A DNA stretch of 64,000 nucleotides from Pseudomonadales bacterium (GCA_016763855.1 JAESSY010000021.1:6988-70987); one strand, 5' to 3'; positions 28,367-38,365 are shown, counted from the stretch's first letter. The notes: a model not told the origin generated them from the sequence alone. Translations and numbers: made by a program.

Positions 28367-31300
28367 ATGGACGATAGAAATAGAAAAACGCCATTACCAA
28401 AATCCCGAAAAGCACTGGAATATCGTGTTTTCTGGCTTGAGCGTAAACTGTCTTTTCTTAGGGAAAGTGAAAAGCGAGAGCTGAGTGCCAACAAGATTAG
28501 CGCTATGCCCAGCTCACCGATAAAAGAGCTCATGCATCTGAACAATGAATTTCAAAGAGCAAATGATCAAGCCCAGGCCTTAAAAACTCTAACTGAGGAG
28601 TTAAATAAAGACGCATTACGCATTAATGAACGTAGTGAGCGAATGAATGAAGTCACAGCGACAAAAATTACCGATGCAGAGCGCTTGAACCGACAAAGCC
28701 GCAGACTTCAGGATCGAAGCCGGAACATTAACAAAGCGTTACTAATGACAAAGGCAAAAAGTAAGGAAACCAATGAACGTTCGGAATCCATCAATACACT
28801 ATCCAAAGCTCACATTGAAGAATCAAAATATCTGAGTAAGCTCTCCCGTGCTCAACACCAGGCTACAGACAGGCTTAATCAAAAAACCCGCTCACTAAAC
28901 ATCGAGGCATTAAAAACAGCAGCAGAGAGTATTCAGTTGAATCGACAGTTGAGTACATCACACGAACAGAGTCAGATTATCAATAGCCAAATTCGGGCAT
29001 TGGCTGAAGAATTAGTTCAAACTAAGTTAGATCTTAAAAAACTGACTGAGGAATCAATAGAGATTAAAGATTCAAGCATAGCCCAGCTTAAATCTTTAGA
29101 AGCAATTGAAAATGAGTCACGAAAGACAATCGTCCTCAGTAATAAAACAACACAAATTGCTCAAGCTCAAATTGGCGAAAGTGATGCCCTTCTGTGCCGC
29201 ACTGAATCATTAAACAAACAAAGCGAAGAAAACCACCATTGTTTTTCCGAATTGAGGAATTCACTTTCTGAAAGCGTGGATCATTACGAAGGCAAACAAG
29301 CATCCTTATGCGAGGATTTAACGCGAAACATTGCAGAATTAGAACTTGAATCCATTTCAAAATTGAAAGGATTTACAGATTACCATGGCGACATCATAAA
29401 ACTTAAGTTGCGCGATGCTATTGAAGCTTCAAACAAGAAATTGGATCATAAGCTGGAAGAACAATTAAGCACAAACAATTCAAAAGTTGATGAAGCAGTA
29501 GATCGTTTCCAACAGCGATCTAAGATGAGTTTGAATAAAGCTGAAACTGCGAGTAATTTACTAACAAAACGATTGACTGAGAACCTCGACAAAAGCCAAG
29601 ACTTTTATGATGAAACTGTTGCGCTTAACGACACAAGCTCGAGACTAGTGAATGAAGGTCTGAATTTGAATGTCACCACAATGTCGTTGCACGAACAATG
29701 TAATAAAGCCATCACAGATATCGATGGCGCACTGAATGAATTTTTCCGATTCAAAACACAAATCCTTGACGATACACAACAACTTCAATATCAATCAGAA
29801 GAACTGAATGCCGAGAGCAAGTTACTGATCAAGACGGGTGCTGAAATGAATAAACAGTCACTGTCTGTCCAAAAAGAAAGCGTGAATACCCAAGCTTTAT
29901 CTCAGGAAATCAACAGCCACTCTCTCGCCCTTCACCAAGAAATCCGAGTGATCAATCAAGACTTTGAGCTTATTAACAAAAACAATTCGGGCCTAGTTGA
30001 AAGGCTCAATATACTGAAAGAAAAACTGCAAGAACTGTTTGATGAAAACCAGCATCAAGTTGACGATGCCAGTAGAACTAATGCCCAAGGGCAGGTTTTA
30101 AATCAAGAGTCAAACAAACTTAATGCAGAGTCACAAGTCCTAAACGGTCAAATGCTCGCAACGCTCAAAAGTGCTAAAACTGCCTTAGCCGAATCAGAAA
30201 ATTTGAATAATGCGTCCCAAACATTGTCGCGAGAGGTGCGTAGCTCCGTAGTAAAACTTGAAATCGCCCGTGAAGAAGTTGAGCAAGCAAGTGTAGATTC
30301 CAGGCTGGTAACAGCCGAAGTCCGGCAAGTGGTTAACGACACTCTAATTGTCCGATCTGAATTAACAGCATCTGCAGGGGAAGTTAAAGCATTATGCGAG
30401 AAAACAAATGAAGAATTGTCATCACTTGTGTCGCTGAAAAAAGAATCTGTTGAGATCGTGGACAAGTCACGAGATGCCTACATGAAGTTGAAAAATTGCA
30501 TTACAAAGTCTGAGCAAATTAATGATGATTTTATGCGCGGTCTGGAAGCCACTGGTAAAGCCCATAGAGAAACAGAACAAACCGCTATTGAACTATTAGA
30601 TGAATCCAAAATACTTCAAGCTGACATTAGGGATATGTTATCCCTGCGTACTGGTGTTCAGGAATTTCAGACCAATATCGATAACTGTCAAAATCGATTA
30701 GATCAATACACCGAGGAATTAGATTATTGCAAGCAAAGCACTTCTTCCCATAGCGAAATATTACGAGACTACCAATCCCGAATCGAAAACTATCATACGG
30801 AACTAAAACGTTATAAGGATTCAGTAATCCAATATGAAACTAGAGCTCGAAAACTAGAAACATTTTTTGGTGATCAAGATAGTCGAATCAGGGACATAGA
30901 AAACCATCAAGACAATATTCAAAATGACTTGCTAGGTAAGCAAGTCGAACAAATGCGTGAATTGGAAATGGAAATCCGAACAGCGCTAAAATCGAATAAA
31001 ACCACACTGTTTGAAGAACACTCGATTCTTAAATCAAGTATGAAATCTGCCCTTGAACGCCTCGGTGATGAAATTAAGAATCAGTTACTTCAGGAAATTG
31101 ATAACAAGGAGAAACAACAAAACGGTGTAATTGAACATCAAGGCGAGATGATTTCGAGTCTAAATATGGAATTTGATCTTCTCAATCAAAATGTAGCGAA
31201 GGAAATAAAAACCCTAAGAGAAGAGAGCCTGGAAATGAGAAACCAGAACCGGGAATTCATGCATGAGCAGAGAAACAACGACAGAGCACAATCGAACAGG

Positions 31301-32494
31301 ATTGATCATTACAAGCAAGATATAGATGATGTTAATCATAAGCTGGGAAACTATCAGGAGCTGTTAGAAAGCAGACTCGATGATCAAGACACAACAGAGA
31401 TGAGCTCTCGATTAAATAGGCTCGAACATAACATTCGGAGTCAACAATCAATCAATTCTTCAAGAGAAAGCGACAAGGACTCAATAGATTCTCTCTCCAA
31501 TAAAGTAATGGGAATTTCCGTTACCCTAGAGGATGTCGTTGCATCAAATCGTAATTTGAAAACACAGATATCGGATTCCGAGAAGAGAAATCGACAACTT
31601 ATAAAGCACAACAATCAACTGAAGGCTTCGATACAAGATCGCGATCACACTTTGCAGAACTACTCTGAAAGACTACAAGCGGTGGAGAAACACGAACACA
31701 AATATTTGGAAACCATTTCTCTCTTGAAATCGAATGAAATAGATACCAAGCAAACGCTACAGCAGATGAGACTTGCGATGAAAGATTCAACTAAAGCAAT
31801 GCGGGAAACCCAAGTAACACTGCAAGGATTTAAAAATGATCATGTAAAACCCAACAAATCTAAATGGATGGAAAATTCAAAACAAGCAGTTCTTTCTTCA
31901 TTCTTTGCCATTGTCATGACCAGTATGGCATTTATGGGGTTCGAAAATGTAGATGCTTCTGTCGCAGAAAGGTCGGCAGTACAACCTATGTCGGCGCAAC
32001 AAACGGTGGCGCAACAAATTAGGCCTTTACAAATTCCCTCGGCAAAGCGACTGAATACACTTTTCCCCCGTGATAAACAGATAGCATCGAGAAGTGATTT
32101 CTCCTGGCCTGTGAATTTTGCCATGCTCGATGCCAATTCAATTGATTACAAGCCTCATCATCAAGGTATCAATATTTCGGCGGAATTAGGCGCTCCGGTA
32201 CTGGCTATCAATGATGGCGTCGTCATTTACAGCGCCAAGGAAATTCGAGGATATGGAAATGTCATTGTAATACAGCATGAAAACGAATTGGTTTCTGTAT
32301 ACGCGAATAATCAGTTCAACTATGTCATTAAAGGTGACACCGTTCGTCGCGGTCAATTAATCGGAGATGTGGGGCAACTACTCAATGAAGAAAAATCAGG
32401 ACTTTACTTTGAAATTCGATATATGGGAACACCGGAAGATCCATTTAACTATCTAAATCGGACTTCTCAAGCTGAATATTTAAGTATGCGCTGA
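28367..32494 (+). CDS. Giant coiled-coil protein with one C-proximal TM helix and a degenerate LytM (peptidase M23) domain
   Basis: Uninterrupted ORF. I prefer the ATG at 28367, preceded by GGTGAG with a 7-nt spacer; the track TTG at 28331 sits inside the DNA repeats. About 1170 aa is N/Q/S/E/K/R-rich heptad-like sequence. The only hydrophobic segment is AVLSSFFAIVMTSMAFMGF (31886-31942). The C-terminal M23 fold is GAPVLAINDGVVIYS...GYGNVIVIQH...RGQLIGDVG. Confidence 0.8.
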   Translation: MDDRNRKTPLPKSRKALEYRVFWLERKLSFLRESEKRELSANKISAMPSSPIKELMHLNNEFQRANDQAQALKTLTEELNKDALRINERSERMNEVTATKITDAERLNRQSRRLQDRSRNINKALLMTKAKSKETNERSESINTLSKAHIEESKYLSKLSRAQHQATDRLNQKTRSLNIEALKTAAESIQLNRQLSTSHEQSQIINSQIRALAEELVQTKLDLKKLTEESIEIKDSSIAQLKSLEAIENESRKTIVLSNKTTQIAQAQIGESDALLCRTESLNKQSEENHHCFSELRNSLSESVDHYEGKQASLCEDLTRNIAELELESISKLKGFTDYHGDIIKLKLRDAIEASNKKLDHKLEEQLSTNNSKVDEAVDRFQQRSKMSLNKAETASNLLTKRLTENLDKSQDFYDETVALNDTSSRLVNEGLNLNVTTMSLHEQCNKAITDIDGALNEFFRFKTQILDDTQQLQYQSEELNAESKLLIKTGAEMNKQSLSVQKESVNTQALSQEINSHSLALHQEIRVINQDFELINKNNSGLVERLNILKEKLQELFDENQHQVDDASRTNAQGQVLNQESNKLNAESQVLNGQMLATLKSAKTALAESENLNNASQTLSREVRSSVVKLEIAREEVEQASVDSRLVTAEVRQVVNDTLIVRSELTASAGEVKALCEKTNEELSSLVSLKKESVEIVDKSRDAYMKLKNCITKSEQINDDFMRGLEATGKAHRETEQTAIELLDESKILQADIRDMLSLRTGVQEFQTNIDNCQNRLDQYTEELDYCKQSTSSHSEILRDYQSRIENYHTELKRYKDSVIQYETRARKLETFFGDQDSRIRDIENHQDNIQNDLLGKQVEQMRELEMEIRTALKSNKTTLFEEHSILKSSMKSALERLGDEIKNQLLQEIDNKEKQQNGVIEHQGEMISSLNMEFDLLNQNVAKEIKTLREESLEMRNQNREFMHEQRNNDRAQSNRIDHYKQDIDDVNHKLGNYQELLESRLDDQDTTEMSSRLNRLEHNIRSQQSINSSRESDKDSIDSLSNKVMGISVTLEDVVASNRNLKTQISDSEKRNRQLIKHNNQLKASIQDRDHTLQNYSERLQAVEKHEHKYLETISLLKSNEIDTKQTLQQMRLAMKDSTKAMRETQVTLQGFKNDHVKPNKSKWMENSKQAVLSSFFAIVMTSMAFMGFENVDASVAERSAVQPMSAQQTVAQQIRPLQIPSAKRLNTLFPRDKQIASRSDFSWPVNFAMLDANSIDYKPHHQGINISAELGAPVLAINDGVVIYSAKEIRGYGNVIVIQHENELVSVYANNQFNYVIKGDTVRRGQLIGDVGQLLNEEKSGLYFEIRYMGTPEDPFNYLNRTSQAEYLSMR

Positions 32495-32506
32495 TCTTTA
32501 AAAATG

Positions 32507-33445
32507 TCACTCATACATTTGTATTACCTTAAAATCATCTCCTAACAATTTCAGCAAACCTTTCTGTCCGCCCATATGCAAAGCGCCTACCACAACGAAA
32601 TAATGTTCCTTCCCTTTCAGAAAGCCTTTGATTTTGGCTGCCATCTTAATATTACGATCATCCAGCAATCTCTCCATTTGGCCCTTCAGTTCGGGGTAAC
32701 GGCTTTCATCTCTCGTTGAAATAGCGTACATCTCGTCTGCAGCACCGTTTTTCCAGGCTAAGACTAGTTCACCAATCAGTGAGCTGACGGTTTCGCTCTC
32801 TTGCAAGGTCGCTTGCAAAGTGAGATCCTGCAATACCTTATCGTCACCTGCCAACAATTCTATTTGCTCTCGAAAACTTTCTAGCTGAATGATAGGCTTG
32901 CCTTCTTTTTGTGCTTTCATCTGAAAATATTGATCAATGCCCAAGTTAGAATCGTACCCCGATTTTCTCATTTCATAGAGCGCAATTTGTAGAGAAATCA
33001 TCCAAGGTTTTAACTGACTAAATACACCCGTTTTTAATTTATTTTCCTTGATGTACTTATTTAGTAAACGAAGTGTTTTTTCCGATATCGCTGATTCGAC
33101 ACTATGAGGTGTGGTGTATGAACCCAATTCCTGCATGATTAAAGCAATTTCATAGGATGACAATCTACCCAATTCAATTTCGAACACTGTGATGTCAGAT
33201 TGGCTATAGGCATCTTCAATTGTTTTTGAAAGAGGATAATGTTCAGGTTTTAGGGCATGAACAGAGCCAAGCAAATAGACTCTTGCTTCTCCGTGATCAA
33301 TTTGCCAAAGGCTAAGGGGCTTACCTTCAAGCTGGGATCCAGAGCTCGTGCAAGCAAAAACCAATAACAGCAGAAAACAAAATGAACATTTAAGGCTGAT
33401 CGAAACCCCCGACGAAAACTGGACTGCTCCATGCCATTTGATCAT
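32507..33445 (-). CDS. TraB/GumN family protein, probable lipoprotein
   Basis: Family blocks LWQIDHGEARVYLLGSVHAL and FVVVGALHMGGQKGLL. Lipobox-like LLLVFAC. The nearest in-frame ATG is 33445, which overlaps the upstream gene's end by 56 nt; start uncertain. Confidence 0.7.
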   Translation of the reverse strand: MIKWHGAVQFSSGVSISLKCSFCFLLLLVFACTSSGSQLEGKPLSLWQIDHGEARVYLLGSVHALKPEHYPLSKTIEDAYSQSDITVFEIELGRLSSYEIALIMQELGSYTTPHSVESAISEKTLRLLNKYIKENKLKTGVFSQLKPWMISLQIALYEMRKSGYDSNLGIDQYFQMKAQKEGKPIIQLESFREQIELLAGDDKVLQDLTLQATLQESETVSSLIGELVLAWKNGAADEMYAISTRDESRYPELKGQMERLLDDRNIKMAAKIKGFLKGKEHYFVVVGALHMGGQKGLLKLLGDDFKVIQMYE

Positions 33446-35753
33446 CAAGTTGTTGAACCCGTACATAATAGTAGTCCCCGTCTCGCGCAGCGCTAGTATC
33501 AACAAATTTGAATGACGCACTAGACGTAACCTGAGCATTGACAAACTCAAAGGTGATCTCGTCTGAATAACCGTTGATTCTGATTTGTCTTTTGACAGGT
33601 CCTTCGACCAAATCAAATAGACTCACTAGCTGTCTCACCGCAGGTATCTCACTCGAAGGACGCGTAAGAGGCTTTACATCAATTTCCTCATGAGCTTCTC
33701 TCAAGTTAAGTTCAAAAACAGTGTCTTTGGCGAGTGTTTCAAACCCAAGCATAAAAATGCTCTCAGTTCCTCTTGTCCAAGTAATAAAGTCGATTCGATT
33801 CTTCTGACTCTGAACAATCCCTTGTCTTGCAGTGTCAACAAATCCCGGGGCTTCTACGTTTGATATCAAGGCATCACTACGGAAAAAACCAATCCATTCT
33901 CGACCATTTCGGGGTAGATCTCGCTGACCCTTATGAGGTGCTGATTCAGAACGGAAGGAGACTTTTAGCTGTCCTTGTTCTTCATCGGTAAGGATACGAC
34001 TCACCGTGTCTGTGTAAATCACCTTGCCATTTTTAACAATTTCAATTTTATGAATGCCAAAGGTACCCTCTACCCTGCCTTCTATGACTCGAATATCATC
34101 TGAAACTGCTCTCTGACCCGGTTGTGCATTGTTAACGGAAAACTCCAGCAATGCGCGATGTCCCGTTGTGACGTAGGTACTGCCGCGTTTAAATGCCGTA
34201 AGCCAATCCTCACCATCTTCTACCATAACAGCGGTTAATGCCGCATCCACCCGCGCGCCCAAGGGAATAAGATGGCTGTGATTAGACCCCGTGAACCCCA
34301 TTCGATACCCTTTTCCCAACAAGACATTTGCTTGAGTTTCAAAGTGAGCATTATTTGACACCAACTCTACAAAACGAGTTTGCTTATTATTGAGAAAGCG
34401 ATCATCAATCGGGTTAGCCGCTGAGGCAATGCTGAGGACATCTTGACTCAACATTTTTGTGACGAGTTGAGTTTGAGATTGAATACCTTGTTCTCGCCAT
34501 GCAGATATAATCTGATGAAACCCGCCACTCAAGAAGTCTTTTCCCCAGACCCATGATTTCTGACCTTGAATCGACTGCCATCTTGCTTTCGTGAGATATT
34601 CATCATGGATAGCGCTTATCGAAAAATCCAGTTGTGGCTTAATGGAACCACTGATGCCTTCTCCCAATTCAATTGAAGCATTAGGGTCACCCCAGAGAAC
34701 CTTTTTACGCGTATTGATTAAGCGAAAGGGGTTTGAGCTCGCACGAATACCACCACCGCTAGACTTTACTTCTATTAAACGTCGAGTCCCATAGTTAAGC
34801 TCAATTCCTTCGATGACGTGCTTGTTACCGCTTCCGGCGGGTACCCGTTGATATAATTCCCCATCGACTGTTAGATCAAATGAAGGCATTCTGCCTTCTG
34901 CTAAATTTCCGAACTTGTCTTTTAAAAATAATTTTGCCGAGAATCCTATACCCGGTCTAACATAAGTCGGAACAATCACCTCCACACTGTTTAGAACACC
35001 TCCGTAGACTCTCAATGTCTCATTTTGGAACTCTGTTAATGCGCTTTCTGCAGTCTCTCGAAAGTAGACTGGTAAAGAAAAAGCGTCTGTGGCAGTTTCT
35101 GGTAGTGTTAGATTTTTATGTTTAATTAAAAGTTCGTCCCCCTCCTCCAGACTACCTTCTATCAAACGAAAAAAAGGCAATTCAATTTTACTATCAAGTC
35201 CACCGTGTATACCTGCTATCGCCTCTAGAATGATTTCAAATTTAACTTTTGAATGACTACCTGTAGCGCTGATAAAATTAGCCTGATCTTTATTTTCAAA
35301 CTGAAATTGGATCGGATGAAGCCAGTGTTTAGCGATGAGGAAACCACCTCCTGTTGATATCCGGGTTCCTATCTGTATTCTTTGCTCAATATTCGCGACT
35401 GTGCCTGCGATAAGTGGCTCGTTTGCATAGCCAATTTTACCCAGCTTTCTCGGATCTTCTAAGAGCCATGTAGACCATTGATTAAGGTGTTGAGCAGTCT
35501 CTTGTTCGACTTCATTTAAACGATTGACTGCGGACACAAGTGTCGTTGGAATCTTCACGCCGAACCGTTCTAGCAATACTAACTTGTTTTGTAATTCTGA
35601 TTTCGTTATGTATTGGGGGAATTCAGCATTCTCAGTTTCAGAGCCTTCAATTTCAGAGGCCTCAATCTCAAAGAAGGGAGACATCCAAAGAAAAATCATT
35701 GCCAACAATAGACAATATCGAACAATGTCTTTCTGTGTGATAACAACAGCCAT
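33390..35753 (-). CDS. Hypothetical secreted protein (787 aa)
   Basis: N-terminal hydrophobic signal (VRYCLLLAMIFLWMSPFFEIEA). The C-terminal third (GSNHSHLIP...STYVTTGHRALLEF...GDYYYVRVQQLDDQMAWSSPVFV) recalls the C-terminal part of CehA/McbA- or DUF3604-type PHP metallohydrolases from memory. The usual N-terminal His clusters are not evident. Confidence 0.55.
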   Translation of the reverse strand: MAVVITQKDIVRYCLLLAMIFLWMSPFFEIEASEIEGSETENAEFPQYITKSELQNKLVLLERFGVKIPTTLVSAVNRLNEVEQETAQHLNQWSTWLLEDPRKLGKIGYANEPLIAGTVANIEQRIQIGTRISTGGGFLIAKHWLHPIQFQFENKDQANFISATGSHSKVKFEIILEAIAGIHGGLDSKIELPFFRLIEGSLEEGDELLIKHKNLTLPETATDAFSLPVYFRETAESALTEFQNETLRVYGGVLNSVEVIVPTYVRPGIGFSAKLFLKDKFGNLAEGRMPSFDLTVDGELYQRVPAGSGNKHVIEGIELNYGTRRLIEVKSSGGGIRASSNPFRLINTRKKVLWGDPNASIELGEGISGSIKPQLDFSISAIHDEYLTKARWQSIQGQKSWVWGKDFLSGGFHQIISAWREQGIQSQTQLVTKMLSQDVLSIASAANPIDDRFLNNKQTRFVELVSNNAHFETQANVLLGKGYRMGFTGSNHSHLIPLGARVDAALTAVMVEDGEDWLTAFKRGSTYVTTGHRALLEFSVNNAQPGQRAVSDDIRVIEGRVEGTFGIHKIEIVKNGKVIYTDTVSRILTDEEQGQLKVSFRSESAPHKGQRDLPRNGREWIGFFRSDALISNVEAPGFVDTARQGIVQSQKNRIDFITWTRGTESIFMLGFETLAKDTVFELNLREAHEEIDVKPLTRPSSEIPAVRQLVSLFDLVEGPVKRQIRINGYSDEITFEFVNAQVTSSASFKFVDTSAARDGDYYYVRVQQLDDQMAWSSPVFVGGFDQP

Positions 35754-35761
35754 TGCTGCCT

Positions 35762-36664
35762 CTAGAGTACCGCGCGAAGAAAGGCAATAAGCGCAATAGT
35801 TGAAATATCCCCTTCCTGACCTAGTCCAACATCTAAGGACTGATTGGTTTTGGCATTACCGGGAATCATAATGACATTGACATTTGCTAAGCTAAGCGCT
35901 TTTGCAAATGCCTTTGTCTGGATCAAGGTGCTTTCATTTTCAGGCACATATAGCAATGCAAATTGAGGTATGTCTTTATTGCGTTTTGCATGATGAATGG
36001 GAGAAGCTTGTAGTTGAACCATTCTGTCTTCGCCAAATATTAACTTATGTTGCCGACGCTGAATGAAAGATCCCAATTCTTTTAATACTCTGGGCACGTC
36101 GTAGCTTAAGGTATCAATCGCAACGACTGCTCTGATATCAGACAGAGATAAACCCTGTGCTTTTAAGTACCTAGCATCCGTTCCGACAAGCGATACAAGG
36201 TGCGCGCCAGATTCGTGGCCCATTAAGATAATTCGTTTTGTATCAAATCCAAATTGATCAGCATTTTCACGAACCCACATGACGACAAGGGCAAGATCCT
36301 CAGCCTGATCATAGAGCTTATAGTCCCATCGTAGCCGATAATTCATACTCACAAAGGAAAAACCTTGGGGAAGAAAATAATCTGGTTTGGAATTAACTTC
36401 GGCTTTATCTCCAAATGCCCAACCACCGCCATGAACATAAATAATCACCGGGCGCTTGGTTTCATTATCCTCCCAATAAACATCGAGTGACTGAAGTTCC
36501 TTGTCAGGTAGAGAAATATCACCGAAATATATATCACGGGTTATTTTGTAAGGGGGCTTTTCTACTGCGGCTAAGACAATGCTAGGCAAATAAGAGATAC
36601 AAACGACGAGCAGATGTGCTATGAAGGATCGCTTTAAGATTCTCAATATGGCGAATTGGGTCAA
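35762..36664 (-). CDS. Alpha/beta hydrolase fold-3 esterase/lipase with signal sequence
   Basis: Oxyanion HGGGW and nucleophile elbow GHESGA; N-terminal hydrophobic signal. Start is TTG at 36664 (or the TTG at 36646), so it is uncertain. Confidence 0.7.
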   Translation of the reverse strand: MTQFAILRILKRSFIAHLLVVCISYLPSIVLAAVEKPPYKITRDIYFGDISLPDKELQSLDVYWEDNETKRPVIIYVHGGGWAFGDKAEVNSKPDYFLPQGFSFVSMNYRLRWDYKLYDQAEDLALVVMWVRENADQFGFDTKRIILMGHESGAHLVSLVGTDARYLKAQGLSLSDIRAVVAIDTLSYDVPRVLKELGSFIQRRQHKLIFGEDRMVQLQASPIHHAKRNKDIPQFALLYVPENESTLIQTKAFAKALSLANVNVIMIPGNAKTNQSLDVGLGQEGDISTIALIAFLRAVL

Positions 36665-36692
36665 GCTTCAATCTCCAAATGTACTAGTAGAC

Positions 36693-36713
36693 GTGAGGGT
36701 ATTCTACCCTCAC
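36693..36713. other. Perfect 9-bp stem / 3-nt loop hairpin between the ACAD and esterase genes
   Basis: GTGAGGGTA-ttc-TACCCTCAC read directly. No U-tract follows on the minus (transcribed) strand. Confidence 0.5.
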
Positions 36714-36762
36714 TCAAGGCTGTAGCCTACTACTAATACGATCTAAAGTTCAACAACTGACC

Positions 36763-37983
36763 CTACTGGTATTGCTTAAGCTCTTCTCGGGCAATGACGC
36801 GTCGATGAACCTCGTCCGGTCCATCAGCTAGACGCAAGGTACGCGTACTAGTCCACATGCCTGCCAGCGGCGTATCTTGAGACACACCCAAGGCACCATA
36901 AATCTGAATAGCCCGATCAATGACCTTCAAGGTCATATTAGGCACTGAAACCTTAATGGCTGAAATGTATTTACGAGCCTCTTTGTTACCAATGGTATCC
37001 ATCATGTGAGCCGCTTTAAGAACCGCTAAACGACACATATCCAACTCGATTCTACTATCTGCAATAACATCATAGTTGCCCCCTAGTTCAGCCAGGGATT
37101 TACCAAAAGCGGTACGAGAAAGTGCACGTTTGCACAATAATTCTAAAGCACGTTCGGCTACGCCAATTGAACGCATACAATGGTGAATTCGACCTGGCCC
37201 AAGACGACCCTGTGAAATCTCAAAGCCACGACCTTCTCCCAAAATGATACTTTCTTTGGGAACTCGTACATCAGTTAACTTTATATGCATGTGGCCATGA
37301 GGTGCGTCATCTTTACCAAAAACAAACATGGGCCTGATGACATCAACGCCTTTGGCATCAAGAGGAACGAGAATCTGTGATTGCCGAAGATGCTTAGGCG
37401 CATCTGGATTGGTTTGCACCATCACAATCATCACCTTACAACGAGAGTCACCTGCGCCCGATGCATAATGCTTCTCACCATTAATAACCCATTCGTCGCC
37501 ATCAAGGACAGCGCGAGTGGCAATATTGGTTGCATCAGAAGAGGCTACATCAGGTTCAGTCATCGCAAACGCAGATCGGATTTTTCCTTCAAGCAAGGGC
37601 TCCAGCCACTCTTTCTTTTGGGCTTCACTTCCGTAACGCTCAAGGACTTCCATATTACCTGTATCAGGCGCGGCACAATTGAATACCTCAGACGCGATAG
37701 GATTCCTCGCCATAACTTCTGCAAGGTGCGCATATTCCAGATTGCTGACCCCTGCTCCACCTTGGCTCTCAGGTAAGAAGAAATTCCACAAACCCGCTTC
37801 TTTAGCTTTTGCTTTTAATCCGTCCATGATTTCATTCTGGCGGTCATTTAGTGTCCAGCGATCTCCGCCAACACCCACTTGATCCAAATATTCTTGTGTG
37901 AGCGGATCTACTTCAGTTCTTACGAACTTGTCTATTTTGTCTCTTACTGGAATCAATCGTTCTGGAATATCAAGATCCATCAT
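36763..37983 (-). CDS. Acyl-CoA dehydrogenase family protein (406 aa)
   Basis: ACAD layout with FAMTEPDVASSDATN and C-terminal IYGALGVSQDTPLAGMW...RTLRLADGPDEVH. Confidence 0.85.
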   Translation of the reverse strand: MMDLDIPERLIPVRDKIDKFVRTEVDPLTQEYLDQVGVGGDRWTLNDRQNEIMDGLKAKAKEAGLWNFFLPESQGGAGVSNLEYAHLAEVMARNPIASEVFNCAAPDTGNMEVLERYGSEAQKKEWLEPLLEGKIRSAFAMTEPDVASSDATNIATRAVLDGDEWVINGEKHYASGAGDSRCKVMIVMVQTNPDAPKHLRQSQILVPLDAKGVDVIRPMFVFGKDDAPHGHMHIKLTDVRVPKESIILGEGRGFEISQGRLGPGRIHHCMRSIGVAERALELLCKRALSRTAFGKSLAELGGNYDVIADSRIELDMCRLAVLKAAHMMDTIGNKEARKYISAIKVSVPNMTLKVIDRAIQIYGALGVSQDTPLAGMWTSTRTLRLADGPDEVHRRVIAREELKQYQ

Positions 37984-38365
37984 GGTAATTTTCCTCTGTA
38001 ACTTCGATTATATTTTTCTTCTTTTTTGAACAGCTTGTTTTCGGTAAATTTTTATCACAAGCCACCAACTGTTAGCGCAATAGTAACGCCATGTTTGTCT
38101 TAACACCTAGAGATATCCGGCTTGCTTATAGACCCCTATGGCATTGATTAATAGCATCGATAAGGGGTTCAGGAATTGCGCTTAATCGATTGCAATTCAG
38201 CCAAACGAATCATCCGCAAGCTAAAACGATACGTATCAGTCTATTAACTGCATCAAGTGGGCGCTAACATGATGATTCAAAGAATATTTGTAACGTTTGG
38301 AGGGTGAGAGAATTATAAATATTAATGAAGGGGAATATACCTCCACGCAAACAGGTCAATCAGTT

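Noticed and set aside
28237-28545. 102-aa minus-strand ORF spanning the gloA / giant-gene intergenic region
   Set aside because: It covers the tandem DNA repeats and the 5' end of the giant gene, has a low-complexity Leu/Ser-rich translation, and shows no start context. It is most likely a spurious antisense frame.
33446-33616. N-terminal extension of the TraB/GumN ORF (track start 33616)
   Set aside because: It would overlap the 787-aa gene by 227 nt. The lipoprotein-like signal begins after the ATG at 33445.
37381-37776. 131-aa plus-strand ORF inside the 406-aa acyl-CoA dehydrogenase gene
   Set aside because: It is antisense to a conserved ACAD frame. The Arg/His/Cys-rich composition is typical of out-of-frame translation.
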